DNA of 64,000 nucleotides from an uncultured Candidatus Saccharibacteria bacterium (lineage in GTDB: Bacteria > Patescibacteriota > Minisyncoccia > UBA6257 > WO2-44-18). Below the pieces are notes generated by a model. The model was given only the letters and a program-made list of their open reading frames with translations, ran no database searches and was not told the origin of the DNA. The position numbers were made by a program, and so were the translations under genes. The DNA lies in assembly GCA_964637575.1 (NCBI GenBank), contig CAZWVU010000003.1:65586-129585 (forward strand), given 5' to 3'. Below, piece by piece: positions 20,925-29,881 of the stretch (positions are counted from its first letter, which is position 1; each line of letters starts with the position of its first letter).

Positions 20925-20985
20925 GTATTTATTATAGAGAATTTTCGGGAAAATGAAAAAGACGGACACGTGTCCGTCTTGATGG

Positions 20986-21411
20986 TTACTTCTTCTGATC
21001 CCGCGATTCTTTATCGAGAGGCAGGGGACCTCCCGGCAGATTGTGCAATCCGGGCGTCGGCGTTTTCGCCTTCGGGGTTTCTTTCGCGGTGCCGCGGTAC
21101 CAGATCGTGATAACCGTGTCCATTCCGCAGTTGCCCTGGGTCTGATTGACGACCTCGATCGTCTTTTCATTGAGCGCCAGCCAGTCAGCGATTTTCTGCT
21201 CGAGTTTGGGGGCCTGGTTGCCGTCGGTCGGCCCGCTGAAGATCTTCGGCTTCAGGGTGCCGCTCCCGTTTTCGGCCGCGAAGCCGACTTTGATTTCCGC
21301 CGGATGCGTATCGACCGCATCGAGCAGCTGGTGCGCGCCGAATGCCAGAAGCATGACAACGCCAAACACTATCGTCACGGCCGAGGCAGCGCGAAGCGTA
21401 GCAGTAATCAT
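20986..21411 (-). CDS. Hypothetical membrane-anchored protein
   Basis: GGAGG upstream, N-terminal TM, downstream hairpin AAGACGGACAC/GTGTCCGTCTT. Confidence 0.65.
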   Translation of the reverse strand: MITATLRAASAVTIVFGVVMLLAFGAHQLLDAVDTHPAEIKVGFAAENGSGTLKPKIFSGPTDGNQAPKLEQKIADWLALNEKTIEVVNQTQGNCGMDTVITIWYRGTAKETPKAKTPTPGLHNLPGGPLPLDKESRDQKK

Positions 21412-21506
21412 ACGACCTCCGAGAAGAACTACTCGTAGTTTACCAAACCAGGATTGCGCACACAACAAAGACAGCGTGAGTACATTTCGCGCGGGAACAT
21501 GAAGGG

Positions 21507-21588
21507 TGCCCAGGACTGGATTTGAACCAGCACGCCTTTCGGCGCTACCACCTCAAGGTAGTGCGTCTGCCAATTTCGCCACCTGGGC
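21507..21588 (-). tRNA. tRNA-Leu(GAG)
   Basis: Cloverleaf with long variable arm; anticodon arm CTACC-TT GAG GT-GGTAG. Confidence 0.96.
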
Positions 21589-21622
21589 TTATCCTTTCTT
21601 ATAACAGAAAAAAACCGCCTTG

Positions 21623-22009
21623 TTAAGCGGCGGTTTTTTCTTCCTTCTTGGATTTCGCAGCGGCAACGGGGGCAGTCTTTTCTACCGCCTGGACACCCAG
21701 CTTCTGCCGGGTCTGTTTTTTGGACAAATCCCGGATATAATAGAGCTTCGCGCGCGAAACTTTCTTAGGCGAATTCAATATCTCCACCTTATCAATGCGG
21801 GGAGACCAGATCGGGTAGACTTTTTCCACGCCGACACCTTCCACGGTCGCGCGCACGGTAAACGTCGCGCCTTTTTCGCTTCCATGCTTGCGGGCAAGTA
21901 CCAACCCCTCAAAACGGGCCAAGCGTTCCTTGTCGCCTTCCTTTATTTTTTCCCAGACGCGGACGTTGGCGCCCGGCGCAATCCTCCCTAAAACTTCAGC
22001 GGAAATCAT
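21623..22009 (-). CDS. rplS: 50S ribosomal protein L19
   Basis: KIKEGDKER..FEGLV..TFTVR..GVGVEK..SP..RAKLYYIR. Confidence 0.96.
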   Translation of the reverse strand: MISAEVLGRIAPGANVRVWEKIKEGDKERLARFEGLVLARKHGSEKGATFTVRATVEGVGVEKVYPIWSPRIDKVEILNSPKKVSRAKLYYIRDLSKKQTRQKLGVQAVEKTAPVAAAKSKKEEKTAA

Positions 22010-22069
22010 GTGGAATATAGTAAGCTATTCCTCTTAAAATTGCAAATAACGGGGTATACTAAGCTCATT

Positions 22070-23167
22070 ATGCGGATTCTCGCCGATGTGCGGCTGTTAA
22101 GCAGAGGGGGATCTTCCGGGATCGAAGAGTACACCAGGAATATTATGGCATCTTTGCGCGCGATCGATCGGGAAAATCAATACGACTTCTTTTATAACGG
22201 CCTGCGTTCCACGCCGCTTAATTTTCCGGGAAGTCCTTCTGTTATAAACTGGAACATTCCGAACAAATTGCTCGATGCCTCATTCCATTTTTTGAATTGG
22301 CCGCCGGTCGACAGGTTTATAAAAACCGACTTGGTGTTCAGTCCGCATTTCAATATTTTGAAAACCAGCCGGGCGCCCCGGGTGATCACGTTCCATGATC
22401 TTTCTTTTCTCCATCACCCGTACTTTTTTTCCCTGAAGCAGCGTTTTTGGCACTGGCTGCAGGATGCGGCGGGGCAGGCGAGAGAGGCGCGGCAGATTAT
22501 TGCGGTTTCAGAATTTACGAAGGCTGACCTGGTGCATCTGCTGGGAATTGCCCCGGAAAAAATAACCACGGTCTATTCGGGGATTTCCGAAGAATTCAGG
22601 AGGGTGCCGGTGGCGGATCAGGATGTCCGGCCATTCTTCCTTTCTTTGGGAACGCTTGAACCAAGGAAAAATGTGCCGGCAATTATTCAGGCGTTCAATA
22701 TCCTTAAGCAGGAAGCGCAGTTCGCCGACTGGCAGCTGGTGATTGCCGGCCGGCCCGGCTGGATTCATCAGCGTATCGACAAAGAAGCCGCCCGGTCTCC
22801 ATTCCGTTCTGATATTATTTTTACCGGATCAGTGCCGGCCCGTGAACGGGTGCTGTTATATAATGTAGCTAAGGTCTTTGTATACCCTTCATTTTTCGAA
22901 GGATTCGGCTTCCCGCCACTGGAGGCGCAGGCCTGCGGGTGTCCGGTGGTCGCGTCGGACCGCACGTCGCTTCCGGAGGTTCTCGGAAAGAGCGCCCTCC
23001 TGGTGAATCCCTGGAAATCCGAAGAACTGGCGATGGCGATGCGCGAGGCTGCTCTCAACGGGCGCGTGCGGGACCGGCTTGTCGCGGCCGGACTGGAAAA
23101 TGCGGCCCGATTTACCTGGAACGCCGCGGCCCGTCAAACATTGGAGGTATTTCAACGCTGTGTCTAA
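22070..23167 (+). CDS. GT4-family glycosyltransferase
   Basis: TFHDLSF, GTLEPRKN, FVYPSFFEGFGFPPLEAQACG. Confidence 0.95.
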   Translation: MRILADVRLLSRGGSSGIEEYTRNIMASLRAIDRENQYDFFYNGLRSTPLNFPGSPSVINWNIPNKLLDASFHFLNWPPVDRFIKTDLVFSPHFNILKTSRAPRVITFHDLSFLHHPYFFSLKQRFWHWLQDAAGQAREARQIIAVSEFTKADLVHLLGIAPEKITTVYSGISEEFRRVPVADQDVRPFFLSLGTLEPRKNVPAIIQAFNILKQEAQFADWQLVIAGRPGWIHQRIDKEAARSPFRSDIIFTGSVPARERVLLYNVAKVFVYPSFFEGFGFPPLEAQACGCPVVASDRTSLPEVLGKSALLVNPWKSEELAMAMREAALNGRVRDRLVAAGLENAARFTWNAAARQTLEVFQRCV

Positions 23168-25103
23168 AAAATTTTTTGATATCAAACACCCCGAGCACAA
23201 AACTGCCACGCCGCGCGTGGTGCAGGTGATCCAGTTTCTGCCGTCCCTGCCGATTTTGAACAATACGAAACTCCGCCGGAGGATCGGCGCGGTGCTGGTG
23301 GCTGCCGCGGCCGGGATCATTCTCGTGTCCTTGTTCGGCGCGCATGTCTTTCAATTCAAGGAAGACGCGACGAACGCCGCGCCGAAAATCTACACGGATT
23401 TCAAGACGGGCGCCAAAGCCTTGTTCGGGTTTGACGTCGATAAAGCGCGGACCGCATTCGAATCGGCGCATCAGCAGGTGGCGGCGTTGAATGAACAGGA
23501 ACCGTTGAGCGCGGTATCCACAATTTTGAGCGATCTTTTCCGGGTGAGCCAGGGTGCCGTGAATATCAGCACATCACTTGCCGATCTCCAGCAGAACGGC
23601 CTGTCATTAATGCTTGGCAAGCGTGGCAAGGAACTGATGGCGATACTCCATGCCATTCAGGATAATCTGGCCGACGTGCACGCGGTGAGCGGGGATCTCA
23701 TCAGCCGCGCGGCCGTTTCCGGGTATGATCTTGGCCCGGGGTTCAGCGATATGGGAGATAAACTGGGCAAGGCGGACGAGTTTCTTTCCGCATTCCTGTC
23801 CTGGATGGGGTCGGCCAACCGGCAGCGGATGCTCGTCTTTTTCCAGAATCCTTCGGAGATGCGTCCCACGGGAGGATTTATCGGCAGCTATGGAATCGCC
23901 ACCCTCTTTCAGGGAAATTTTCTGGATCTTGCCGTGCGGGATATTTACGATCCGGATGGTCAGCTGGACGTGAAGGTGGTGCCGCCAAAACCCCTGCAGG
24001 GAGTAACCGGCTGGTGGGGGGCGCGGGACGCGAACTGGTTCTTCGATTTCCCGACTTCGGCGAAGAAGGTCACGCAATTTCTGGAGGCATCAAAGCTGTA
24101 TAAGGAGCAGGGAGTGACGTTCAGCGGTGCGGTTGCGGTAAATGTCGAAGTGCTCGGTGACGTGCTCGACGTGCTCGGTCCCATCGATCTTCCCGAATAT
24201 CAACTCACTATTACCAAAGACAATTTTCTTAAAGAGTTGCAGGAAGAAGTGGAGGCCGGGAAGGACAAGTTCCAGGGACAGCCCAAGCGGATTTTGAAAG
24301 TGCTCGCGCCGGCGATTTTTGAAAAACTCGGGCAGCTTTCCGGAGACCAGAAGCAATTGCTGGCGCAGAAATTCGCGAAGCGCATCGCGTCAAAAGATAT
24401 TATGGTGTATTTCAAGGATCCGGTTATCGAATCCTACGCGCAGTCACTGGGGGTGGCGGGGGAGGTCGCGGCCTTGCCGGAGAATTTCTTCGGGGATTAT
24501 CTCGCGGTGGTGAATGCGAGCGTGGCGGGCGGCAAGAGCGACGCCATGATCGAGCAGCGTATGAAACTGGTGAGCGCCGTTGAAATTGACGGGCGGATCC
24601 ACGATCAGCTGACCATTACCAAAACGCACCAGGGTGCCAATGAGCAGGAGTGGTGGTACCGGGCGACGAATCACGATTATCTCCAGGTCTATGTGCCGAA
24701 CGGCAGCCGGCTGCTGCGCGTGAAGGGTAATACGGAAAAAGCCCTCACACCGCTTGTTGCCTATGCCGGCAGAGCATTCTCCACGGATAAGGATGTAACG
24801 GATCTGGAAGCCGGATCATTTATGGGAAAGGATATTTTTACCGCCTGGCTGGATACCAAAGCCGGCGCGCACACTACGATCGGGTTTGATTACTACGGTC
24901 CTTACCGGTTTTCATTCCGGCCCGGCGAGTACCAGTTCATATTCGACAAACAATCCGGATATCACGGCGGGCTTGATCTGGAGCTTCATGCCCCCGATGG
25001 TTTTCAATGGCAGGAAACCAGCTCCCCGGTTTTTACCGCTTCGTATGACGATCTTCCGGCGCGGCTAGCATTGCAGCTACATCTCGCGGCGGTTCCGCGG
25101 TAA
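23160..25103 (+). CDS. DUF4012-domain membrane-anchored protein
   Basis: FQNPSEMRPTGGFIGSYG, RDANWFFDFPTSA, GGKSD; probable GTG start at 23160. Confidence 0.85.
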   Translation: MSKKFFDIKHPEHKTATPRVVQVIQFLPSLPILNNTKLRRRIGAVLVAAAAGIILVSLFGAHVFQFKEDATNAAPKIYTDFKTGAKALFGFDVDKARTAFESAHQQVAALNEQEPLSAVSTILSDLFRVSQGAVNISTSLADLQQNGLSLMLGKRGKELMAILHAIQDNLADVHAVSGDLISRAAVSGYDLGPGFSDMGDKLGKADEFLSAFLSWMGSANRQRMLVFFQNPSEMRPTGGFIGSYGIATLFQGNFLDLAVRDIYDPDGQLDVKVVPPKPLQGVTGWWGARDANWFFDFPTSAKKVTQFLEASKLYKEQGVTFSGAVAVNVEVLGDVLDVLGPIDLPEYQLTITKDNFLKELQEEVEAGKDKFQGQPKRILKVLAPAIFEKLGQLSGDQKQLLAQKFAKRIASKDIMVYFKDPVIESYAQSLGVAGEVAALPENFFGDYLAVVNASVAGGKSDAMIEQRMKLVSAVEIDGRIHDQLTITKTHQGANEQEWWYRATNHDYLQVYVPNGSRLLRVKGNTEKALTPLVAYAGRAFSTDKDVTDLEAGSFMGKDIFTAWLDTKAGAHTTIGFDYYGPYRFSFRPGEYQFIFDKQSGYHGGLDLELHAPDGFQWQETSSPVFTASYDDLPARLALQLHLAAVPR

Positions 25104-25752
25104 AACGTGCCGTCTTCCCGTTGGGGAGGGTGAGTTCCAGCGACTGCGCGTGAAGCATTAACCGGGAAACTCCCTTCGGCAGTTCCCGCTGGCTGTAAAG
25201 CCGGTCACCTACGACCGGATGTTTGATGGCGGCGAGATGCACCCTGATCTGATGGGTGCGGCCGGTCAGCGGCTCCGCCTCCACGACGCTGTACGGTCCG
25301 ATTTCCCGCATGACCCGGTAAATGGTCTTCGCTTCTTTTACGAGCTTCGTGTCCAGATCTATTTTTATCGTGCGCTTGAGCGTTCCGGGTTTGATCCCAA
25401 TCGGTTTTTCGATGATTCCGGAGTGCATCTCAAATGTTCCCCAGACGATTGCCAGATAGACCTTCCGGATGTTTCTGGATTGGAATTGTTTTTTTAAAAA
25501 TTCGAATGCCGCCTGTGTTTTGGCGACAATCATCACGCCCGAAGTTTCTTTGTCGAGACGATGGACGATGCCCGGGCGGAGCTCCGGATCGTCTCCGACT
25601 TTTTTGATGGACGGATACCGTTTGATAAGCCACGCGACCAGCGTGCGGCCGCCCGGATGGGCTTTGATTCCGTGTACCAAAAGTCCGGCGGGTTTGTTGA
25701 TGACCAGCACGTCTTTATCCTCGTAAAGAACTTTCGGTAATAAGGAAGTCAT
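25033..25752 (-). CDS. RluA-family pseudouridine synthase
   Basis: NKPAGLLVH, IVHRLDKETSG, TGRTHQIRVH, LHA. Confidence 0.95.
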   Translation of the reverse strand: MTSLLPKVLYEDKDVLVINKPAGLLVHGIKAHPGGRTLVAWLIKRYPSIKKVGDDPELRPGIVHRLDKETSGVMIVAKTQAAFEFLKKQFQSRNIRKVYLAIVWGTFEMHSGIIEKPIGIKPGTLKRTIKIDLDTKLVKEAKTIYRVMREIGPYSVVEAEPLTGRTHQIRVHLAAIKHPVVGDRLYSQRELPKGVSRLMLHAQSLELTLPNGKTARFTAEPPRDVAAMLAAPEDRHTKR

Positions 25753-25753
25753 G

Positions 25754-25825
25754 TGCGCCCTGCTGGGATCGAACCAGCGACCTTTTCAATGTCAATGAAA
25801 CGCTCTACCACTGAGCTAAGGGCGC
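25754..25825 (-). tRNA. tRNA-Val(GAC)
   Basis: Cloverleaf; anticodon arm TTTCA-TT GAC AT-TGAAA. Confidence 0.96.
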
Positions 25826-25847
25826 ATTTATGCAAAAACCAGAGGTT

Positions 25848-25932
25848 TGGTGCCCGGGGCGAGAGTCGAACTCGCATGCCGTAAGGCGCACGATTTTGAG
25901 TCGTGTGCGTCTGCCAGTTCCGCCACCCGGGC
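25848..25932 (-). tRNA. tRNA-Leu(CAA), CCA encoded
   Basis: Cloverleaf; anticodon arm CACGA-CT CAA AA-TCGTG. Confidence 0.96.
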
Positions 25933-25988
25933 ATTTTTGTGATGAACTATTAATAATTTACGGGATTTTGTAGTAAAATGGAAGGGTT

Positions 25989-26864
25989 ATGCAAGAAACC
26001 AATCCGCCGGTCCAGGGACCGGTGTTCCTTATCGAAGTAGATAAAATTACTCCCAATCCGCAACAGCCACGGCGGGATTTTGATGAAACCGCGCTTCAGG
26101 AGTTGGCGAGCTCCATCCGCGAGTTCGGGATCCTGCAGCCGATCGTAGTGACGAAGATTGAGGAGATGAAAGACAGCGGCACCGATGTCCGTTACATTCT
26201 CATCGCGGGAGAGCGGCGCTGGCGGGCCGCCCAGATTGCCGGGCTCGAGCGCATTCCGGCGGTGATCAAGAGTGTGAATCTGGCGAAGGACCGGCTGGAA
26301 CTCGCGATTATTGAAAACGTCCAGCGCGAGAATCTGAATCCGATCGAATCGGCGCGCGCCTACGCGCGTTTGTCGGATGAATTCGGACTGACCCAGCGGG
26401 AAGTAGCGGCTCGGCTCGGCAAAAGCCGCGAAGTGATCGCCAATACGATCCGGTTATTGAGCCTCCCGACCGCCATTCAGGACGCGATTTCCAAAAACCA
26501 GATCAGCGAAAGCCAAGGGCGGCTGCTGTTAACGGTGACTGAACAGGCCCAGCAGCAGGCGTTATTCGAAGATCTTTTGCGGAACAGCATCAGTGTCCGC
26601 GAGCTGCGCTCCCGGATTCAGACTTTGCAAAAACCGGCTCCCATTCCGGAGCAGGTTCCCGTAATTCACGCGATTGACCCGGAAACCGTTTCGCTTCAGC
26701 GAGAGTTGGAAGGTGCGCTTGGGGCGCCGGTAAAAGTGGAGCGCTCCGGCGAAACCGGTAAGCTGATCATCACGTTCTATTCTCCCGAAGAATTGCGCGG
26801 GATCATTGAGCGGTTAAAAGGCGGAACTACACAAGACGGTACGTTGCCTCCTTTATCTCTTTAA
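25989..26864 (+). CDS. parB: ParB/Spo0J partition protein
   Basis: NPQQPRRDF, GILQPI, IAGERRWRAA, ENVQRENLNPIE, HTH. Confidence 0.95.
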   Translation: MQETNPPVQGPVFLIEVDKITPNPQQPRRDFDETALQELASSIREFGILQPIVVTKIEEMKDSGTDVRYILIAGERRWRAAQIAGLERIPAVIKSVNLAKDRLELAIIENVQRENLNPIESARAYARLSDEFGLTQREVAARLGKSREVIANTIRLLSLPTAIQDAISKNQISESQGRLLLTVTEQAQQQALFEDLLRNSISVRELRSRIQTLQKPAPIPEQVPVIHAIDPETVSLQRELEGALGAPVKVERSGETGKLIITFYSPEELRGIIERLKGGTTQDGTLPPLSL

Positions 26865-28500
26865 TCTTTTTCAGTTTTTCCAGAAGTTTTTCCGCTTTTT
26901 CTTTCGGCAATACGCCGCACTGAATTTTTACCAGCGGCAGTTTGGTGTTGATGGACTGAATGTTCACGTGCGACCGGCTGATGATGCCGGTAATTTCGCT
27001 GAGCAGGCCGATGCGGTCCGCGACGGAAAATCTGAATTCGGCCGTTTTCGGCTCGCGGCGCTTCAGGGACGGGCTGCCGTGGCGGAGCGCCGCGCGGATA
27101 TGGTTGCGGGCGTTGCCGGTATGCACGAATTCCAGCCAGGCCTCGGACGGTCCCTTATTTTTCTGCGTCATAATTTCCACCACGTCGCCGGATTTCAGCG
27201 GATGTTCCAGCGGCATGATCTTTCCGTTTACCTTTGCGCCGGCGCAGTGATTCCCGACATCGGTGTGGATCTGATAGGCAAAATCCACCGGCGTGGCTCC
27301 GACCGGCAGATCGATGACCTCGCCTTTCGGGGTGAGGGTGAGGATGCGGTCTTTGAAAAAATCGATTTTCAGCGACTGGACGAACTCTTCCGTGTTGGTG
27401 AAGTTTTTCTGCCAGTTGCGGAGCTGCTGGATCCAGGACAATTCTTTTTTATTGGCGAAGGCGGTCGAGCGTTCCAGATAATCCCGGGTATTTTTAATCT
27501 GCTGATAGGCGAAGTGGGCGGCGATGCCGTTTTCCGCCTCCTCGTGCATCTGTTCGGTCTTGATCTGCACTTCGGTGATTTTATTTTCCGGACCGAAGAC
27601 GGTGGTGTGAAGCGAACGGTAGCCGTTCGGCTTGGGAAGGGCGATGTAATCCTTAAAACGGTGGGGAACCGGCGGCCAGATTTTATGCACCGTGCCCAGC
27701 GCGGCATAGCAGTCTTCCAGAGACTTCACCATCACCCGCATGGCCACCAGGTCGTAAATACTGTCCACATTCATATCGTAGCGGAGCATTTTTTTGTAGA
27801 GGCTGGTGTACCGCTTCGCCCGCGATTCCATCCGGACGATTTTCACGCCGTCTTTTTTAAGCTCGTGTTCGAGGATCGGCTGAATGCGTTTGGAATACCG
27901 CTCGCGTTCTTCGAAGCGTTCTTTCACGTTGGCGATGATCCATTTGTATTCCTGCGGATAAAGGTAAGGGAAGGCGAGATCTTCCAGTTCGCCGCTTAAC
28001 TTTTGCATCCCGAGGCGGTAGGCGAGCGGCGCGTAGATTTCCATTGTTTCGAGCGCGATCCGCTTCTGTTTGGCCGGAGGAAGCGCGTACAGCGTCTTCA
28101 TATTATTAAGGCGGTCGGCGAGTTTCACGAGAATGACGCGGATATCCTGGCTCAAGTACAAAATAAATTTGCGGAGGTTTTCCACTTTGGCTTCCACGCC
28201 GCGGTAGCGGACTTTGCCGATTTTCGTCACGCCGTCCACGAGAAACGCCACCTCTTCGCCGAATTCATTCCGGACATCCTGAAGCGTGAAACTGGTGTCT
28301 TCCACGGTGTCATGAAGGAGTGCTGCGGCCACCGTCGCCTCGTCCAGCCCCCACTCCACGATCTCCTCCGCCGCCGCGATCGGATGATTGAAATACGGCT
28401 CGCCATTTTTTCGCTTCTGGCCCGCGTGAGCTTTTTTGGCGAAGTCGTAAGCGTTCCTCACGAGATCGCTTTTGCGAAGGATGTCGTTCAGAGTTGCCAT
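26827..28500 (-). CDS. rel: RelA/SpoT homologue (HD-SYNTH-TGS-ACT)
   Basis: AHAGQKRKNGEPY, LHDTVEDT, KDYIALPKPNGYRSLHT, TPVDFAY.IHT. Confidence 0.95.
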   Translation of the reverse strand: MATLNDILRKSDLVRNAYDFAKKAHAGQKRKNGEPYFNHPIAAAEEIVEWGLDEATVAAALLHDTVEDTSFTLQDVRNEFGEEVAFLVDGVTKIGKVRYRGVEAKVENLRKFILYLSQDIRVILVKLADRLNNMKTLYALPPAKQKRIALETMEIYAPLAYRLGMQKLSGELEDLAFPYLYPQEYKWIIANVKERFEERERYSKRIQPILEHELKKDGVKIVRMESRAKRYTSLYKKMLRYDMNVDSIYDLVAMRVMVKSLEDCYAALGTVHKIWPPVPHRFKDYIALPKPNGYRSLHTTVFGPENKITEVQIKTEQMHEEAENGIAAHFAYQQIKNTRDYLERSTAFANKKELSWIQQLRNWQKNFTNTEEFVQSLKIDFFKDRILTLTPKGEVIDLPVGATPVDFAYQIHTDVGNHCAGAKVNGKIMPLEHPLKSGDVVEIMTQKNKGPSEAWLEFVHTGNARNHIRAALRHGSPSLKRREPKTAEFRFSVADRIGLLSEITGIISRSHVNIQSINTKLPLVKIQCGVLPKEKAEKLLEKLKKIKEIKEATYRLV

Positions 28501-28546
28501 TTTCTTACCTTCACGCTATCGTACTATCAGTTTTTTTGAAAGGAGG

Positions 28547-28815
28547 TAGGCCTCTTCTTTCACACAAGCTCTGTGCGCGATGCCGGCTATTTTCTGCAGG
28601 CACTAGGCGCGACGACGAAGGCGTAGACTCTACGCCGAGGAGGAGCAACGCCGTGGCGGTCGGAAAATAGCCACATCCCTTCGGGTTGGTGCTAAAATCA
28701 TCTATCGCGGCGTCGCTCATCCTTGAAATAGAGTCTATATCTGCGTCCTCGCTCCTGGCGCTGGCTGATTTTAGCTACCAACGCGCAGGAGATTTGTGTG
28801 GAAAGGAGAGGTCTA
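28547..28815. mobile_element. Two-lobed palindromic non-autonomous element, copy 2, inverted relative to copy 1
   Basis: Imperfect ~33-bp terminal IR TAGGCCTCTTCTTTCACACAA.. / ..TTGTGTGGAAAGGAGAGGTCTA; lobes homologous to 2601-2862. Confidence 0.75.
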
Positions 28816-29832
28816 ATGAGGGCATTCCAGTCGTTGTGCGACTTCGCGCACGATCCTTCGACCGGCCTGAAGCACATCCGGATCAATCACGACGCGATCG
28901 TCGCGCTGGCGAAAACATTTGCCGGCAAAGAACCGTCCGCGCCGAACTGGCGCCAACCGGCGGAGATTTTTCCGGAAAACGATTTCGTCTATGCGAATCA
29001 TGAATTTTACCGGAACGCGATCAACGCCTGCTACGCGGACCCGGCGAATCCCGACGCGAAGTTCGGCATCGCGGCCAAGAAACTTTCCGGCTCGATGGCG
29101 ATGGGTCACTGCTTCTGGCGGAAGTTCGGCGAGCGGCCGGTCAGCCCCGACGATATTCTGGAACTGACCGACACGCCGGGTGTCTTGGAAGAGTTCTTCC
29201 GCGCCGACGTGCCTATCCCTCTTCTGGAAAAACGGCGGCAGAATCTCCGTCAATGCGCCGTGGTTCTGGAAAAATACTTTGACGGAGATCCGCTGAATAT
29301 TCTGGAGCAGTCGCGCTACCGCGTGCTTCTCGATCCCCAGGAAGGAAATGCCGGGATTGTGGATCACCTTTTTGAGTATTTCCCGGATGCGTTCGGCCAG
29401 GATTACGCGGTCTGGAAGGATCACGTTCTTACGTTCGCGAAGCGCGCCCAGCTCTGGCCGTGTCTCTATCAGGGACGGGCGCTGGAGCCGGGGAGCAAAC
29501 TCCAACCGCTCGCGGATCCGGAGAACATCGGTCCGATTCTGGATTACCACGTGGTCAACGTGCTCCGGTATCACGGCTGCCTGGAATATTCTCCAGAACT
29601 CGCGGCGAAAGTGGACAGCCGGACCCCGATCGCGCGCCACAGCCCGGAAGAGATTGAGATGCGGGCGAAGGCGGGCGCCGTGATCGTCAAGCTGGTGGAG
29701 CTCATCAATGCGATGCGTCCCGCCGGCGTCCGTCAGTGGACCGGCGTGGAGATCGACGCGGCGCTCTGGCTCTTCGGCCGGGAAGCCGCGAAGAAACATC
29801 CCTACCACCTCTGCCTGACGATGGATTACTAA
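28816..29832 (+). CDS. Queuosine salvage nucleotide glycosylase/hydrolase (DUF2419/Qng1 family)
   Basis: FAKRAQL, DYHV..VLR..GCLEYSPEL..KVD, EEIEMRA, IDAALW..G, PYHL..T.DY. Confidence 0.85.
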   Translation: MRAFQSLCDFAHDPSTGLKHIRINHDAIVALAKTFAGKEPSAPNWRQPAEIFPENDFVYANHEFYRNAINACYADPANPDAKFGIAAKKLSGSMAMGHCFWRKFGERPVSPDDILELTDTPGVLEEFFRADVPIPLLEKRRQNLRQCAVVLEKYFDGDPLNILEQSRYRVLLDPQEGNAGIVDHLFEYFPDAFGQDYAVWKDHVLTFAKRAQLWPCLYQGRALEPGSKLQPLADPENIGPILDYHVVNVLRYHGCLEYSPELAAKVDSRTPIARHSPEEIEMRAKAGAVIVKLVELINAMRPAGVRQWTGVEIDAALWLFGREAAKKHPYHLCLTMDY

Positions 29833-29850
29833 CATCTTCAATACCAAAAC

Positions 29851-29881
29851 TAAACCACCGACTATTCGTCGGTGGTTTTTT
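29851..29881. terminator. Bidirectional intrinsic terminator
   Basis: AAACCACCGAC-tattc-GTCGGTGGTTT followed by TTT. Confidence 0.75.
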
